Positions 30,508 through 39,265 of a stretch of DNA of 64,000 nucleotides are shown piece by piece. The DNA lies in NCBI GenBank assembly GCA_040903745.1, contig JBBDUV010000063.1, positions 42,432-106,431 on the forward strand, read 5' to 3'. This DNA is from Bacteroidales bacterium. Lineage in GTDB: Bacteria; Bacteroidota; Bacteroidia; Bacteroidales; GCA-2748055. Below the pieces are notes generated by a model that did not search any database, was not told the origin of the DNA, and saw only the letters and a list, made by a program, of their open reading frames with translations. Made by a program: the position numbers and the translations under genes. How positions within the stretch are numbered: the stretch's first letter is position 1; each line of letters opens with the position of its first letter.

Positions 30508-31191
30508 ATGATCAAAACCATCGATCTTGTAAAGGTATTCCGTACAGATGAAGTGAAAACCACAGCGCTGAACAAGGTAAATATTGAGGTAGTGGATGGT
30601 GAATTTGTTGCCATCATGGGCCCTTCCGGCTGCGGAAAGTCGACACTACTGAACATTCTCGGACTGCTGGATAATCCTACGGGAGGCTCCTATCTGTTTG
30701 GTGACAGAGAAGTGGCCGGACTGAAAGAGAAGCAGAGGACCAACCTGCGAAAGGGAACCATCGGGTTTGTCTTCCAGAGCTTCAACCTGATCGACGAGCT
30801 TACCGTATTTGAAAACATCGAACTACCACTGCTCTATTTGAAGATGTCGGGCTCTGAAAGAAAAAAAAAGGTAAGTGCGGTGATGGAGCGGATGAAGATT
30901 TCGCACAGGAAAAATCACTTTCCGCAGCAACTATCGGGCGGACAGCAGCAGCGTGTTGCCATTGCCAGGGCAGTAGTAACCAATCCAAAGCTGATCCTAG
31001 CCGATGAGCCAACAGGAAATCTTGACTCAGCCAACAGCGATGAGGTAATGGCCCTGCTCACGGAACTAAATGAAGAGGGCACAACCATCATCATGGTGAC
31101 CCACTCACCCAGTGATGCGGAAAAAGCACACAGGATCATACAACTCTTCGACGGACATATCGTCACCGAAAACATTCATAAGAGGCTTTAA
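30508..31191 (+). CDS. ABC transporter ATP-binding protein (MacB/LolD/FtsE-like)
   Basis: Walker A 'GPSGCGKST', Q-loop, signature 'LSGGQQQR' and Walker B 'LILADEPT' are present. No permease gene lies adjacent. Confidence 0.85.
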   Translation: MIKTIDLVKVFRTDEVKTTALNKVNIEVVDGEFVAIMGPSGCGKSTLLNILGLLDNPTGGSYLFGDREVAGLKEKQRTNLRKGTIGFVFQSFNLIDELTVFENIELPLLYLKMSGSERKKKVSAVMERMKISHRKNHFPQQLSGGQQQRVAIARAVVTNPKLILADEPTGNLDSANSDEVMALLTELNEEGTTIIMVTHSPSDAEKAHRIIQLFDGHIVTENIHKRL

Positions 31192-31523
31192 GCTGACTGA
31201 TCAAAGAGGCAAGTCCTTATCAGCGAACAGTTCGCTACCGGCAATTTCCCGGGAAGCTTGACGGGAAGATCCTACCCATAATACCGGGTTGTTTAAAATA
31301 TTTACAATCACCTTCTCCATGGAACTTACTTTTCATTCTTTGCTTCCCCGCATTTCAGAAGTTACAGATCACCATTACTGCCTTCAAATCATACATTGTA
31401 TTTCATTACACACCCCTGTTTTTATATGGGTGCGGTTAGATTTAATTGTATTTTTTTACTTATAACATTTACATTTTATAGGATATATTTATTTTTTTTA
31501 TTGTTTTTTTCATTTTTACCCCC

Positions 31524-31531
31524 TATTTTTG
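31524..31531 (+). promoter_or_regulatory. Candidate -7 promoter box (TAttTTTG) for amt
   Basis: A TAnnTTTG match 37 nt upstream of the ATG at 31568, embedded in a very AT-rich tract. Confidence 0.3.
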
Positions 31532-31567
31532 AGGGATTATTATTTTATCAACAATTAAACTATTAAA

Positions 31568-32899
31568 ATGAAATCTTTCACACGAAAAGTCTTTTTCACC
31601 CTTGTATTGCTATTAACCGTTTACACGGTGATAGATGCATCGGATGGCAACGGTATTGACAGTGGAGCCACAGCATGGATGCTGACCTCCACAGCGCTTG
31701 TTTTATTAATGATTCCTGGTTTGGCCATGTTCTATGGCGGACTGGTACGTTCAAAAAATGTTCTGGGCACGATTATGCACAGTTTTGCAGCCATGGGCGT
31801 GATGAGTGTCCTGTGGGTGGGGATTAGCTACAGCATGTGTTTTGGTCCGAATGTGCTGGGGGGCTGGATTGGTTGGAACCCCGATTTTATCATGCTAAAG
31901 GGAATCGACGAATCAATCCTGGATGCCGGTGTTCCGGAGTATGTCTTTTCCATGTTCCAGGGAAAGTTCGCGATCATCACCCCTGCCCTGATCGCCGGGG
32001 CATTTGCTGAAAGGGTCTCTTTCAAGGCATACATTGCCTTCATTGCACTTTGGGGATTATTTATATACAATCCGCTGTGTCACTGGGTATGGGCCGAAGA
32101 TGGATTTCTTTTCAATATGGGAGCCAACGGAGCAATTGATTTTGCGGGGGGTACTGTGGTACACATTTCAGCTGGTGTAAGCGGACTTGTTGCTGTAATA
32201 TACATGGGAGCCAGACGCGGTTTCCCATTTCAGGCGGTGCGTCCGAATAACCTGGTTATCACAATGTTAGGCGCGGGATTGCTTTGGGTGGGCTGGTTTG
32301 GTTTCAATGCCGGCAGCAGTGTATCGTCGGGGCTTTCAACGGCGCAGGCGCTGACAGCCACGCAGGCAGCTGCGGCTTCAGGGGCGCTGGTCTGGATGAT
32401 CATTGAAGGGGTACACCGCGGCAAAGCCACTGCGCTTGGATTTGCTTCCGGGATTCTTGCCGGTCTGGTAGCTATTACGCCAGCTGCAGGTGTAGTGCAG
32501 CCTGGTGGCGCATTGGCCCTGGGTGCTATCTCTGCGATCATATGCTATTTTGCCATCCTGATGAAAAACAGGTTGGGTTACGACGACAGTCTGGATGCAT
32601 TCGGATTGCATGGTGTCGGTGGTATTGTCGGGGCCCTGGTCCTTACCTTTTTCATTCGCCCGACATGGATGGCTGAAGCAGCAGAAGCTGCGGGCGGAAG
32701 CTGGACCATCTGGCAGCAGTTTGGCGTTCAGGCAACTGCCGTCGGAATTGCGATCGCCTATGCTGGAGTACTAACGCTGGTGCTGATCTTTATTGTGGAT
32801 AAGATCTTCGGCATACGTTCCACTGAAAAAGAGGAGATGGCAGGGCTTGACAGATCCTACCACGGTGAACGCGGCTATGGATTGATCAATCCGAACTAA
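31568..32899 (+). CDS. amt: Ammonium transporter (Amt family)
   Basis: 443 aa, about 11 TM helices, with 'AIDFAGGTVVHISAG' and 'GFNAGS' Amt signatures. Confidence 0.9.
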   Translation: MKSFTRKVFFTLVLLLTVYTVIDASDGNGIDSGATAWMLTSTALVLLMIPGLAMFYGGLVRSKNVLGTIMHSFAAMGVMSVLWVGISYSMCFGPNVLGGWIGWNPDFIMLKGIDESILDAGVPEYVFSMFQGKFAIITPALIAGAFAERVSFKAYIAFIALWGLFIYNPLCHWVWAEDGFLFNMGANGAIDFAGGTVVHISAGVSGLVAVIYMGARRGFPFQAVRPNNLVITMLGAGLLWVGWFGFNAGSSVSSGLSTAQALTATQAAAASGALVWMIIEGVHRGKATALGFASGILAGLVAITPAAGVVQPGGALALGAISAIICYFAILMKNRLGYDDSLDAFGLHGVGGIVGALVLTFFIRPTWMAEAAEAAGGSWTIWQQFGVQATAVGIAIAYAGVLTLVLIFIVDKIFGIRSTEKEEMAGLDRSYHGERGYGLINPN

Positions 32900-32996
32900 T
32901 AAATGACACTATGGCGGGTTCATTCTGGGTACAGCCCGCCCATAGTACCGTAAAAATTGTATTAAACCCGTATGTAAAATTTTAAAAAATATTCAA

Positions 32997-33347
32997 GTGA
33001 AACTTATCATCGCAATCATCCGTGAATCACAGCTCGATGAAGTGCGCGAAGCACTTATCGCAGCAGAAATATCAAGAATAACCGTCTCAAAAGTCTCCGG
33101 GCATGGACAACAGCAGCAGGAGGAGTATTACCGTGGACAAAAGATTATTCCCAACCTCATCCCCAAGATCAAGATCGAAATTGCAGTGAACGATGAATAT
33201 GTCGATACAACGGTCAACACAATTATCAAAGCTGCCAGGACGAGCAATGGTGAGCAGGGGGAGATCGGAGATGGCAAGCTATTTATCCTCCCACTGGAAG
33301 AGTGTATCCGCATCAGAACGGGCGAAAAGGGAGGATCGGCTATTTGA
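32997..33347 (+). CDS. glnK: P-II nitrogen regulatory protein
   Basis: 116 aa with a GTG start. 'MKLIIAIIR..LDEVREAL' and 'GDGKLFILPLEECIRIRTGE' match the P-II fold. The T-loop is atypical ('GHGQQQQEEYYRGQKII'). Confidence 0.85.
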   Translation: MKLIIAIIRESQLDEVREALIAAEISRITVSKVSGHGQQQQEEYYRGQKIIPNLIPKIKIEIAVNDEYVDTTVNTIIKAARTSNGEQGEIGDGKLFILPLEECIRIRTGEKGGSAI

Positions 33348-33358
33348 AAAAGTAAAAT

Positions 33359-34876
33359 CTAATAATAAAGTCCTGCATCCGGACCGAGGGGCAACCCGAT
33401 CCAGACCCATAGTACAAGCAGGATCGTCCAGACGATAAAGAATGCGATGGAGTATGGCAGCATAGTAGCAATCACCGTTCCGATCCCTGCTTTATTGTCA
33501 TATTTCTGTACGAACGCAATGATCAGTGCAAAGAAACTCATCATAGGAGAAATAACATTGGTTACACTGTCGCCAATCCGGAATATCACCTGGGCCAGCT
33601 CCGGGGAGTACCCCAGAAACATAAAGATCGGAATAAAGATCGGGGCGATCAGTGCCCACTTTGCTGATGCACTACCCATGAACATGTTCAGGGTGGCGGC
33701 AAAAATAACGAACATAATTAACAGGGGAATCAGTCCCATGTTCATGGCCGATAACAGTCCGGCTCCCTTGATGGCAATAATCAGACCCAAATTGCTCCAT
33801 TTAAAATAGGCCACAAACTGCGCGGCAAAAAAGACCAGTACCATGTATGTCGTCAATGTTTTCAGACTCTCGCCCATGCTGTTCATCACATCGGCATCGT
33901 TCCGGTACGTTTTCGTAACCGCGCCATAGGTAACGCCCGCAAAAGCGCATAGGATCACCAGCCAGGCCACCACGCCCCTGATCAGGGGTGAATTGATCAC
34001 CGTCCCATCATCTCCCCTGAGAAAACCGTTTTCAGGTATAATACCAATCAGAATAATGGCCACGACTCCCAGTGTAGCAACACCGCTCCATTTAATCCCC
34101 TTTCTTTCCAGGGGTGTCAGTGGTCCGAATTCATCATTGTGCTCAACTCCTTTGCTATCATAATCACCCAGCCTTGGTGCAACGATACGTTCCGTAACGA
34201 AGGTTCCTACAAATGCAATAACGAATGTCGAAACGATCATAAAATAATAGTTTGCTGTAGGATTCACATAATAATCGGGATCAACAATCTGGGCAGCTTC
34301 CGTACTCAGTCCTGCCAGCAAAGGATCAATGGAACCGATCAGGAGGTTGGCGGAAAAGCCGCCAGAAACACCAGCAAAGGCAGCAGCCATACCTGTTATG
34401 GGATGCCGTCCGACCGCCTGGAAGATGATGCCTGCCAATGGGATCAACAGCACATAACCAATATCCGATGCAAAATTTGAAACGATACCGGCAAAGACCA
34501 GCACAAAGGTAAGCAGACGCCGCGGTGCCGAGAGCACCAGCAGCCTGATGAGTGCGCCGATCAGCCCGCTCCCTTCTGCGATACCAATCCCCAGCATGGC
34601 TACCAGGACAATTCCCAGGGGAGCAAACCCGGTGTAATTATCGACCAGTTCAAGCAAAATCCGGTGAAATCCCTCTTTCGAAAGAAGGTTCACCACATTG
34701 ATCTCCTCCCCCGTTCCCGGATGGACTCCCGACCAATTAAAAATATAGGCAATAAAGGAGAAAAGAAGAACGGAAAGTGCAAATAACAAAAAAAGCGTTG
34801 CAGGATGTGGCAACGCGTTTCCAACTTTCTCGGTGGCATTTAACAGCCTGTCAACAAAAGATCGTTTTTTCGCCAT
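33359..34876 (-). CDS. abgT: AbgT-family transporter (p-aminobenzoyl-glutamate / short-chain exporter family)
   Basis: 505 aa and polytopic. The N-terminus 'FVDRLLNATEKVGNALPHPATLFLLF' is typical of AbgT/MtrF. Confidence 0.8.
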   Translation of the reverse strand: MAKKRSFVDRLLNATEKVGNALPHPATLFLLFALSVLLFSFIAYIFNWSGVHPGTGEEINVVNLLSKEGFHRILLELVDNYTGFAPLGIVLVAMLGIGIAEGSGLIGALIRLLVLSAPRRLLTFVLVFAGIVSNFASDIGYVLLIPLAGIIFQAVGRHPITGMAAAFAGVSGGFSANLLIGSIDPLLAGLSTEAAQIVDPDYYVNPTANYYFMIVSTFVIAFVGTFVTERIVAPRLGDYDSKGVEHNDEFGPLTPLERKGIKWSGVATLGVVAIILIGIIPENGFLRGDDGTVINSPLIRGVVAWLVILCAFAGVTYGAVTKTYRNDADVMNSMGESLKTLTTYMVLVFFAAQFVAYFKWSNLGLIIAIKGAGLLSAMNMGLIPLLIMFVIFAATLNMFMGSASAKWALIAPIFIPIFMFLGYSPELAQVIFRIGDSVTNVISPMMSFFALIIAFVQKYDNKAGIGTVIATMLPYSIAFFIVWTILLVLWVWIGLPLGPDAGLYY

Positions 34877-35156
34877 ATGTTCATCTATATAAAAAGAGTG
34901 AGCGAAAATAGTAAAGATTATTCAGCTGTGAAAGTCTTATTCAGCACGATGTAATGTTGTCGTTCTGATCAAAAAAAAACAATGCTCTTGCAAGTCTTAA
35001 TGTATGATCTGCCACTAAGCAATCCATGTATATTCAGGCCTTAGAGTCAAGTGACTGTACCATAAAGACCGAGAGCTGCCCTGCTGCAATTTTACTTCCC
35101 AATCCGGGATGGCGCAGTATATGCACTAAGTCACTATATTTACAGCAAAATTTATT

Positions 35157-35630
35157 GTGAAATTGTTTTTAAACATGCATGAACCTGTCATACTTGCAAT
35201 AACCGGACCTGCAGCGCTGGTTTTCGTGATCATTTTCATTGTAGTCACAGCTTTTCCTATCATATTTTACCTGCTGTCACTCCAGAATACCCTCAGGGAA
35301 ATCAGCCTGGAAAACCGGAAAATGCAACCGGAGCAGGTATGGCTCACCCTCATTCCCCTGTTTGGGATCATCTGGCAGTATTTTATCGTTGCGCGAATGG
35401 CTGATTCGCTCTACCTGGAGTTTAGCAAAAGGAATGTCCAGAGCGCAGAACAAAGACCGGGCTACAACTATGGAATCGCATATTGCATCCTCCTTACTGC
35501 CTCTGTAATTCCCATGCTAGGGTTTCTGGCGATTCTCGGCGCTGCAGTTTGCTGGATTATTTATTGGGTTAAAATCAGCGAGTACAGGAATCTGCTCAGG
35601 CAGAATCCCCAGAATTATATTGAAATATAG
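35157..35630 (+). CDS. Hypothetical membrane protein (3-4 TM)
   Basis: The call rests on the ORF and hydrophobic segments only. The start is ambiguous (GTG at 35157 or ATG at 35175). Confidence 0.4.
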   Translation: MKLFLNMHEPVILAITGPAALVFVIIFIVVTAFPIIFYLLSLQNTLREISLENRKMQPEQVWLTLIPLFGIIWQYFIVARMADSLYLEFSKRNVQSAEQRPGYNYGIAYCILLTASVIPMLGFLAILGAAVCWIIYWVKISEYRNLLRQNPQNYIEI

Positions 35631-35729
35631 ACTTGGAAGCAAGCGTTAAATGATTTCGTTTTGACTGTAACCCTAAGAACTAATTCTAAATTGAGGCTTT
35701 TTATGTAAAAAATTTAACAACTTACTATC

Positions 35730-35737
35730 TATATTTG
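35730..35737 (+). promoter_or_regulatory. Candidate -7 promoter box (TAtaTTTG) for metA
   Basis: A TAnnTTTG match 32 nt upstream of the ATG at 35769. Confidence 0.35.
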
Positions 35738-35768
35738 TTACCCTTTAACAAGATAAACCTATTGTGCC

Positions 35769-36677
35769 ATGCCAATCAATGTTCCAAATAATCTGCCTGC
35801 TATTGAGGAGCTCAAAATGGAGAACATCTTCGTCATGGAGCAGGAGCGGGCCGTTAAGCAGGATATCCGTCCGCTGAAGATCATATTGCTGAACCTGATG
35901 CCCGTAAAAAAAGTGGCAGAAACTGATCTGATTCGCAATCTTTCCAATACGCCCATGCAGGTGGAACTTGACCTGTTGTATATGGATGAACATGAATCGA
36001 AAAATACACCGCGGGAGCATATGGAGGTTTTCTACAAAACCTTTGAGCAGATTCAGGGAAAGAAATTTGACGGCTTGATTATTACCGGTGCGCCGGTGGA
36101 ACTGCTCGAATTTGAAGAGGTGGATTACTGGGAAAAATTATGCGAGGTAATGGAATGGAGCAAAACCCATGTTACCAGCACACTCCATATCTGCTGGGGT
36201 TCCCAGGCCGGACTCTACTACCACTACGGGATCAGGAAATATGAACTGCCCAAAAAGATCTTTGGTGTATACGACCACCTGATCACCGACCGAAGGCACC
36301 ATTTGGTGCGCGGATTTGATGATGTTTTTCCAGCTCCGCATTCAAGGTATACTGAGAACCGTATTGAAGATATTAGGAAGCATTCCGAACTAACTCTGCT
36401 GGCATGGTCGGAGCAGATCGGCGCCAATATCGTACTTTCGAACGACAACCGGCAGATCTTTATTTCTGGTCATCTCGAATACAATCCGCTGACACTTAAG
36501 AACGAGTACGACCGGGATGTTGCAAAGGGGCTTGGTATTGCGGTACCGGAAAATTATTTTCCTGGCAACGACCCGTCGAAAGAACCGGTAATCCGCTGGC
36601 GGGCACACGCCAATTTGCTTTTTACCAACTGGTTAAATTACTATGTGTACCAGGTAACCCCATTCGACTGGGATTAA
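35769..36677 (+). CDS. metA: Homoserine O-acyltransferase (MetA family)
   Basis: 302 aa with '[11 protein letters not shown]', 'ILLNLMP', '[10 protein letters not shown]' and '[15 protein letters not shown]', characteristic of MetA. Confidence 0.9.
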   Translation: MPINVPNNLPAIEELKMENIFVMEQERAVKQDIRPLKIILLNLMPVKKVAETDLIRNLSNTPMQVELDLLYMDEHESKNTPREHMEVFYKTFEQIQGKKFDGLIITGAPVELLEFEEVDYWEKLCEVMEWSKTHVTSTLHICWGSQAGLYYHYGIRKYELPKKIFGVYDHLITDRRHHLVRGFDDVFPAPHSRYTENRIEDIRKHSELTLLAWSEQIGANIVLSNDNRQIFISGHLEYNPLTLKNEYDRDVAKGLGIAVPENYFPGNDPSKEPVIRWRAHANLLFTNWLNYYVYQVTPFDWD

Positions 36678-36713
36678 AACAGGAAACAGATGGTTGATTA
36701 TTCAATTACATAT

Positions 36714-36736
36714 GGCAGGTTACCTGCCCTTTTTTA
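36714..36736 (+). terminator. Intrinsic terminator after metA
   Basis: GGCAGG-tta-CCTGCC followed by CTTTTTTATT. Confidence 0.6.
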
Positions 36737-36796
36737 TTGCCTTCTGAATCCTCTCGAAAAATAGTATATTGATATTATATTTTTCAAATTATATTC

Positions 36797-36804
36797 TATA
36801 TTTG
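36797..36804 (+). promoter_or_regulatory. Candidate -7 promoter box (TAtaTTTG) for the small OMP gene
   Basis: A TAnnTTTG match 41 nt upstream of the ATG at 36845. Confidence 0.3.
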
Positions 36805-36844
36805 TACACCAATATCCAATAGGAAAAACCTTAAAAAAACCAGA

Positions 36845-37318
36845 ATGATGAAAAGATTTATATTGGCTTTTATTGTCATGATAACAATGACAACCCTCAG
36901 CAGTGCCCAGGAGTATGAAACAGCAGCCGGTTTACGCGGTGGTTTGTATAATGGAGTGACCATCAAGCATTTCCTGGGAGGCAAAAGTGCCGTTGAGGGA
37001 ATTATAACCACGCGATGGCAAGGATTCAATATCACAGGACTATATGAACTACACAAGTGGAGGGCTTTTGATGTGGACCGCCTGAACTGGTATTATGGTA
37101 TTGGCGGTCACCTGGGTATCTGGGATGACACCTATGCCACCTGGGTAACGGCAGGAAATAGTGTAGTCATTGGAGTAGATTTGATCCTGGGAATTGAATA
37201 CACCTTTGACGAGATCCCTGTCAACATTGGAGTCGACTGGAAACCAGCCTTCAACTTTATCGGTGCTGACGGATTCAGAGGAGATGGCGGAGCGTTCTCC
37301 GCCAGGTACGTTTTCTAA
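36845..37318 (+). CDS. Small outer-membrane beta-barrel protein
   Basis: 157 aa with a signal peptide ending 'SSAQ', alternating amphipathic strands and a C-terminal aromatic residue ('ARYVF'). Confidence 0.45.
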   Translation: MMKRFILAFIVMITMTTLSSAQEYETAAGLRGGLYNGVTIKHFLGGKSAVEGIITTRWQGFNITGLYELHKWRAFDVDRLNWYYGIGGHLGIWDDTYATWVTAGNSVVIGVDLILGIEYTFDEIPVNIGVDWKPAFNFIGADGFRGDGGAFSARYVF

Positions 37319-37329
37319 TAGAAACTGAA

Positions 37330-37872
37330 TTATTCCGACAGTTTAGCATCCAGTTTTTCCCTGCAGTGAAGACAGAAATCTCCCTCTTTCTGGTCCAGAT
37401 CTTCTACGTATGTGCTTGAACGCATTACACATACCGGGTTGGTGCAGTGGATCAACCCGAATGTATGTCCAAGCTCATGAACCACCACCTTGGCAAGTCG
37501 TTCAAGCATCAGGTTATGGTCCTCCTTCAGACCGTACAATTCATTTCTCAGCCGGAAAAGCGAGGCGATCCCGCAATTACCATTCAACCGTGCCTGTCCG
37601 TAAATATAAGTAAGAATGGGTATGTAAAGATCGCCCCTGAAAAGGCTCATATACCTGAAGTAACCGGCAGGTGCCCGGGCATATGAAGCTGCCAGGAGTT
37701 CATCGGCATTGTATTGCCTTCGGGCAGGATTATAGAACTCCGACACATCTAAAGTACACTCTTTCAGGTCAACGTCCACATGAAAAACTGAAGCAACCTT
37801 TGTCATAATATGTTTGGTGGTACTTCGCTCGAATTTACCACAAGTAATAATTATGATTCTTTTTTTCTTCAA
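37330..37872 (-). CDS. Archaemetzincin-family (M54) zinc metalloprotease
   Basis: 'HELGHTFGLIHCTNPVCVM-X16-CLHC' matches the archaemetzincin signature HEXXHXXGX3CX4CXM...CXXC almost exactly. Confidence 0.75.
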   Translation of the reverse strand: MKKKRIIIITCGKFERSTTKHIMTKVASVFHVDVDLKECTLDVSEFYNPARRQYNADELLAASYARAPAGYFRYMSLFRGDLYIPILTYIYGQARLNGNCGIASLFRLRNELYGLKEDHNLMLERLAKVVVHELGHTFGLIHCTNPVCVMRSSTYVEDLDQKEGDFCLHCREKLDAKLSE

Positions 37873-37922
37873 ATGGATCGCTTTGCCTGAAATTGCAGAT
37901 TGAATTTACCAGGGGAGTTGAA

Positions 37923-39260
37923 TTAATGCTTCTTTAGTCCGAATTTTTTAATCTTGTTATACAGCGTTGCCCTGTCAACATTCAGCGCCTTTGCAGTACG
38001 TGAAATGTTCCAGTCATATTTCTTTAGGATCTTCTGAATATGGTTTAACTCCAGCTCATCCAGACTCTCCACCGAACTATTGATCATCTCCTTCCCCATC
38101 GGCAGATCCTTCAGTTTGATCTCTTTCCCGTTCCCTACAACGATGGCACGCTCTATCATGTTCTCCAGTTCTCTGACATTCCCGGGGAAGTCAAAATTCA
38201 TCATATGTTTCATGGCTGCCGGATCGATGGTCAATATATCCCTGCTCATTGATTTACAGTACTTTCCAATAAAATGATTCACCAGCAGGGGAATGTCCTC
38301 CTTGCGCTTGCGCAGTGGTGGGATCTTGATATTCAACACATTTAATCTGTAATACAGGTCTTCCCTGAAGGTGCCATTCTTAACCATCCCTCCCAGATCA
38401 CGGTTGGTCGCGCAGATCGTCCTGAAATCGGAGGAGATCTCCTTATTTCCTCCCACCCGCATAAATGACTTTGTCTCAAGCACACGCAACAATTCAACCT
38501 GCATCTTCGACGAGATCGTGGCGATCTCATCCAGGAAGATCGTTCCCCCGTCTGCCATCTCAAACCTGCCCTTTCTGGTAAAACTTGCGCCGGTAAAGGC
38601 CCCTCTCTCATGACCGAATAGTTCACTTTCTAGCAGACTTTCCGTGAGCGCACCGCAATGTACACTGACCAATGGAAAATACTTACGTGAAGAATTTGAA
38701 TGTATAGCTCTTGCTATCAGTTCTTTACCTGTGCCTGACTCGCCCGTAATGATCACCGAAGAGTTCGATTGTGCAATACTTTCGACATCCTTCAAAACCT
38801 TTTTCAGGGCATCGCTTTCGCCCACGATATCCTCGACATCCACCAGACTGGTAATGCTCTCCTTTAATGTTGTATTTTCAGCCTGGAGAGCTACCTGTTT
38901 CGCTGCATTCCGGATCAGGTGGGACAGATCATCCGGGTCGAATGGCTTGGTCACATAATCGAACGCACCGTTCTTCAGTGCCTGAACTGCAGTGTCCACA
39001 GAAGCGAATGCCGTCATGATAATAAAGATCGGCTCATTTGTAAGCGTCTTAATCCGTTTATGCAACTCCATTCCGTCCATACCGGGCATCTTGATATCGG
39101 CCAGGACAATATCATACTCCTTTTCTTCAAGCATATTGAGTGCCCTTTTTCCATCCTCGGCACAATCGACATCATAACCATCATCAATAAACCAGTTATA
39201 AAGGGAATCCCTTACCGATTCCTCATCATCAACAATTAAAATGGATACCAGTTCTGCCAT
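37923..39260 (-). CDS. Sigma-54-dependent response regulator (REC + AAA+ EBP + Fis-type HTH; NtrC family)
   Basis: Domains seen: REC ('ILIVDDE', 'DIVLADIKMPGMDG'), Walker A 'GESGTGKE', the 'GAFTGA' sigma-54 contact loop, and a C-terminal HTH ('ISRTAKALNVDRATLYNKIKK'). Confidence 0.9.
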   Translation of the reverse strand: MAELVSILIVDDEESVRDSLYNWFIDDGYDVDCAEDGKRALNMLEEKEYDIVLADIKMPGMDGMELHKRIKTLTNEPIFIIMTAFASVDTAVQALKNGAFDYVTKPFDPDDLSHLIRNAAKQVALQAENTTLKESITSLVDVEDIVGESDALKKVLKDVESIAQSNSSVIITGESGTGKELIARAIHSNSSRKYFPLVSVHCGALTESLLESELFGHERGAFTGASFTRKGRFEMADGGTIFLDEIATISSKMQVELLRVLETKSFMRVGGNKEISSDFRTICATNRDLGGMVKNGTFREDLYYRLNVLNIKIPPLRKRKEDIPLLVNHFIGKYCKSMSRDILTIDPAAMKHMMNFDFPGNVRELENMIERAIVVGNGKEIKLKDLPMGKEMINSSVESLDELELNHIQKILKKYDWNISRTAKALNVDRATLYNKIKKFGLKKH

Positions 39261-39265
39261 AATTT

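Noticed and set aside
31192-31567. A possible remnant of an FtsX-type permease after the orphan ABC ATPase.
   Set aside because: My three-frame reading shows frequent stops and nothing resembling the 'LRNLxRNK' permease N-terminus. The region is treated as non-coding, though a profile search could revisit this.
35631-35768. A SAM riboswitch upstream of metA. A THF-type riboswitch upstream of abgT (34877-35156) was also considered.
   Set aside because: I could not find the conserved SAM-I/SAM-II or THF core sequences or a convincing multi-stem structure. The metA leader is short once the -7 box at 35730 is accepted.
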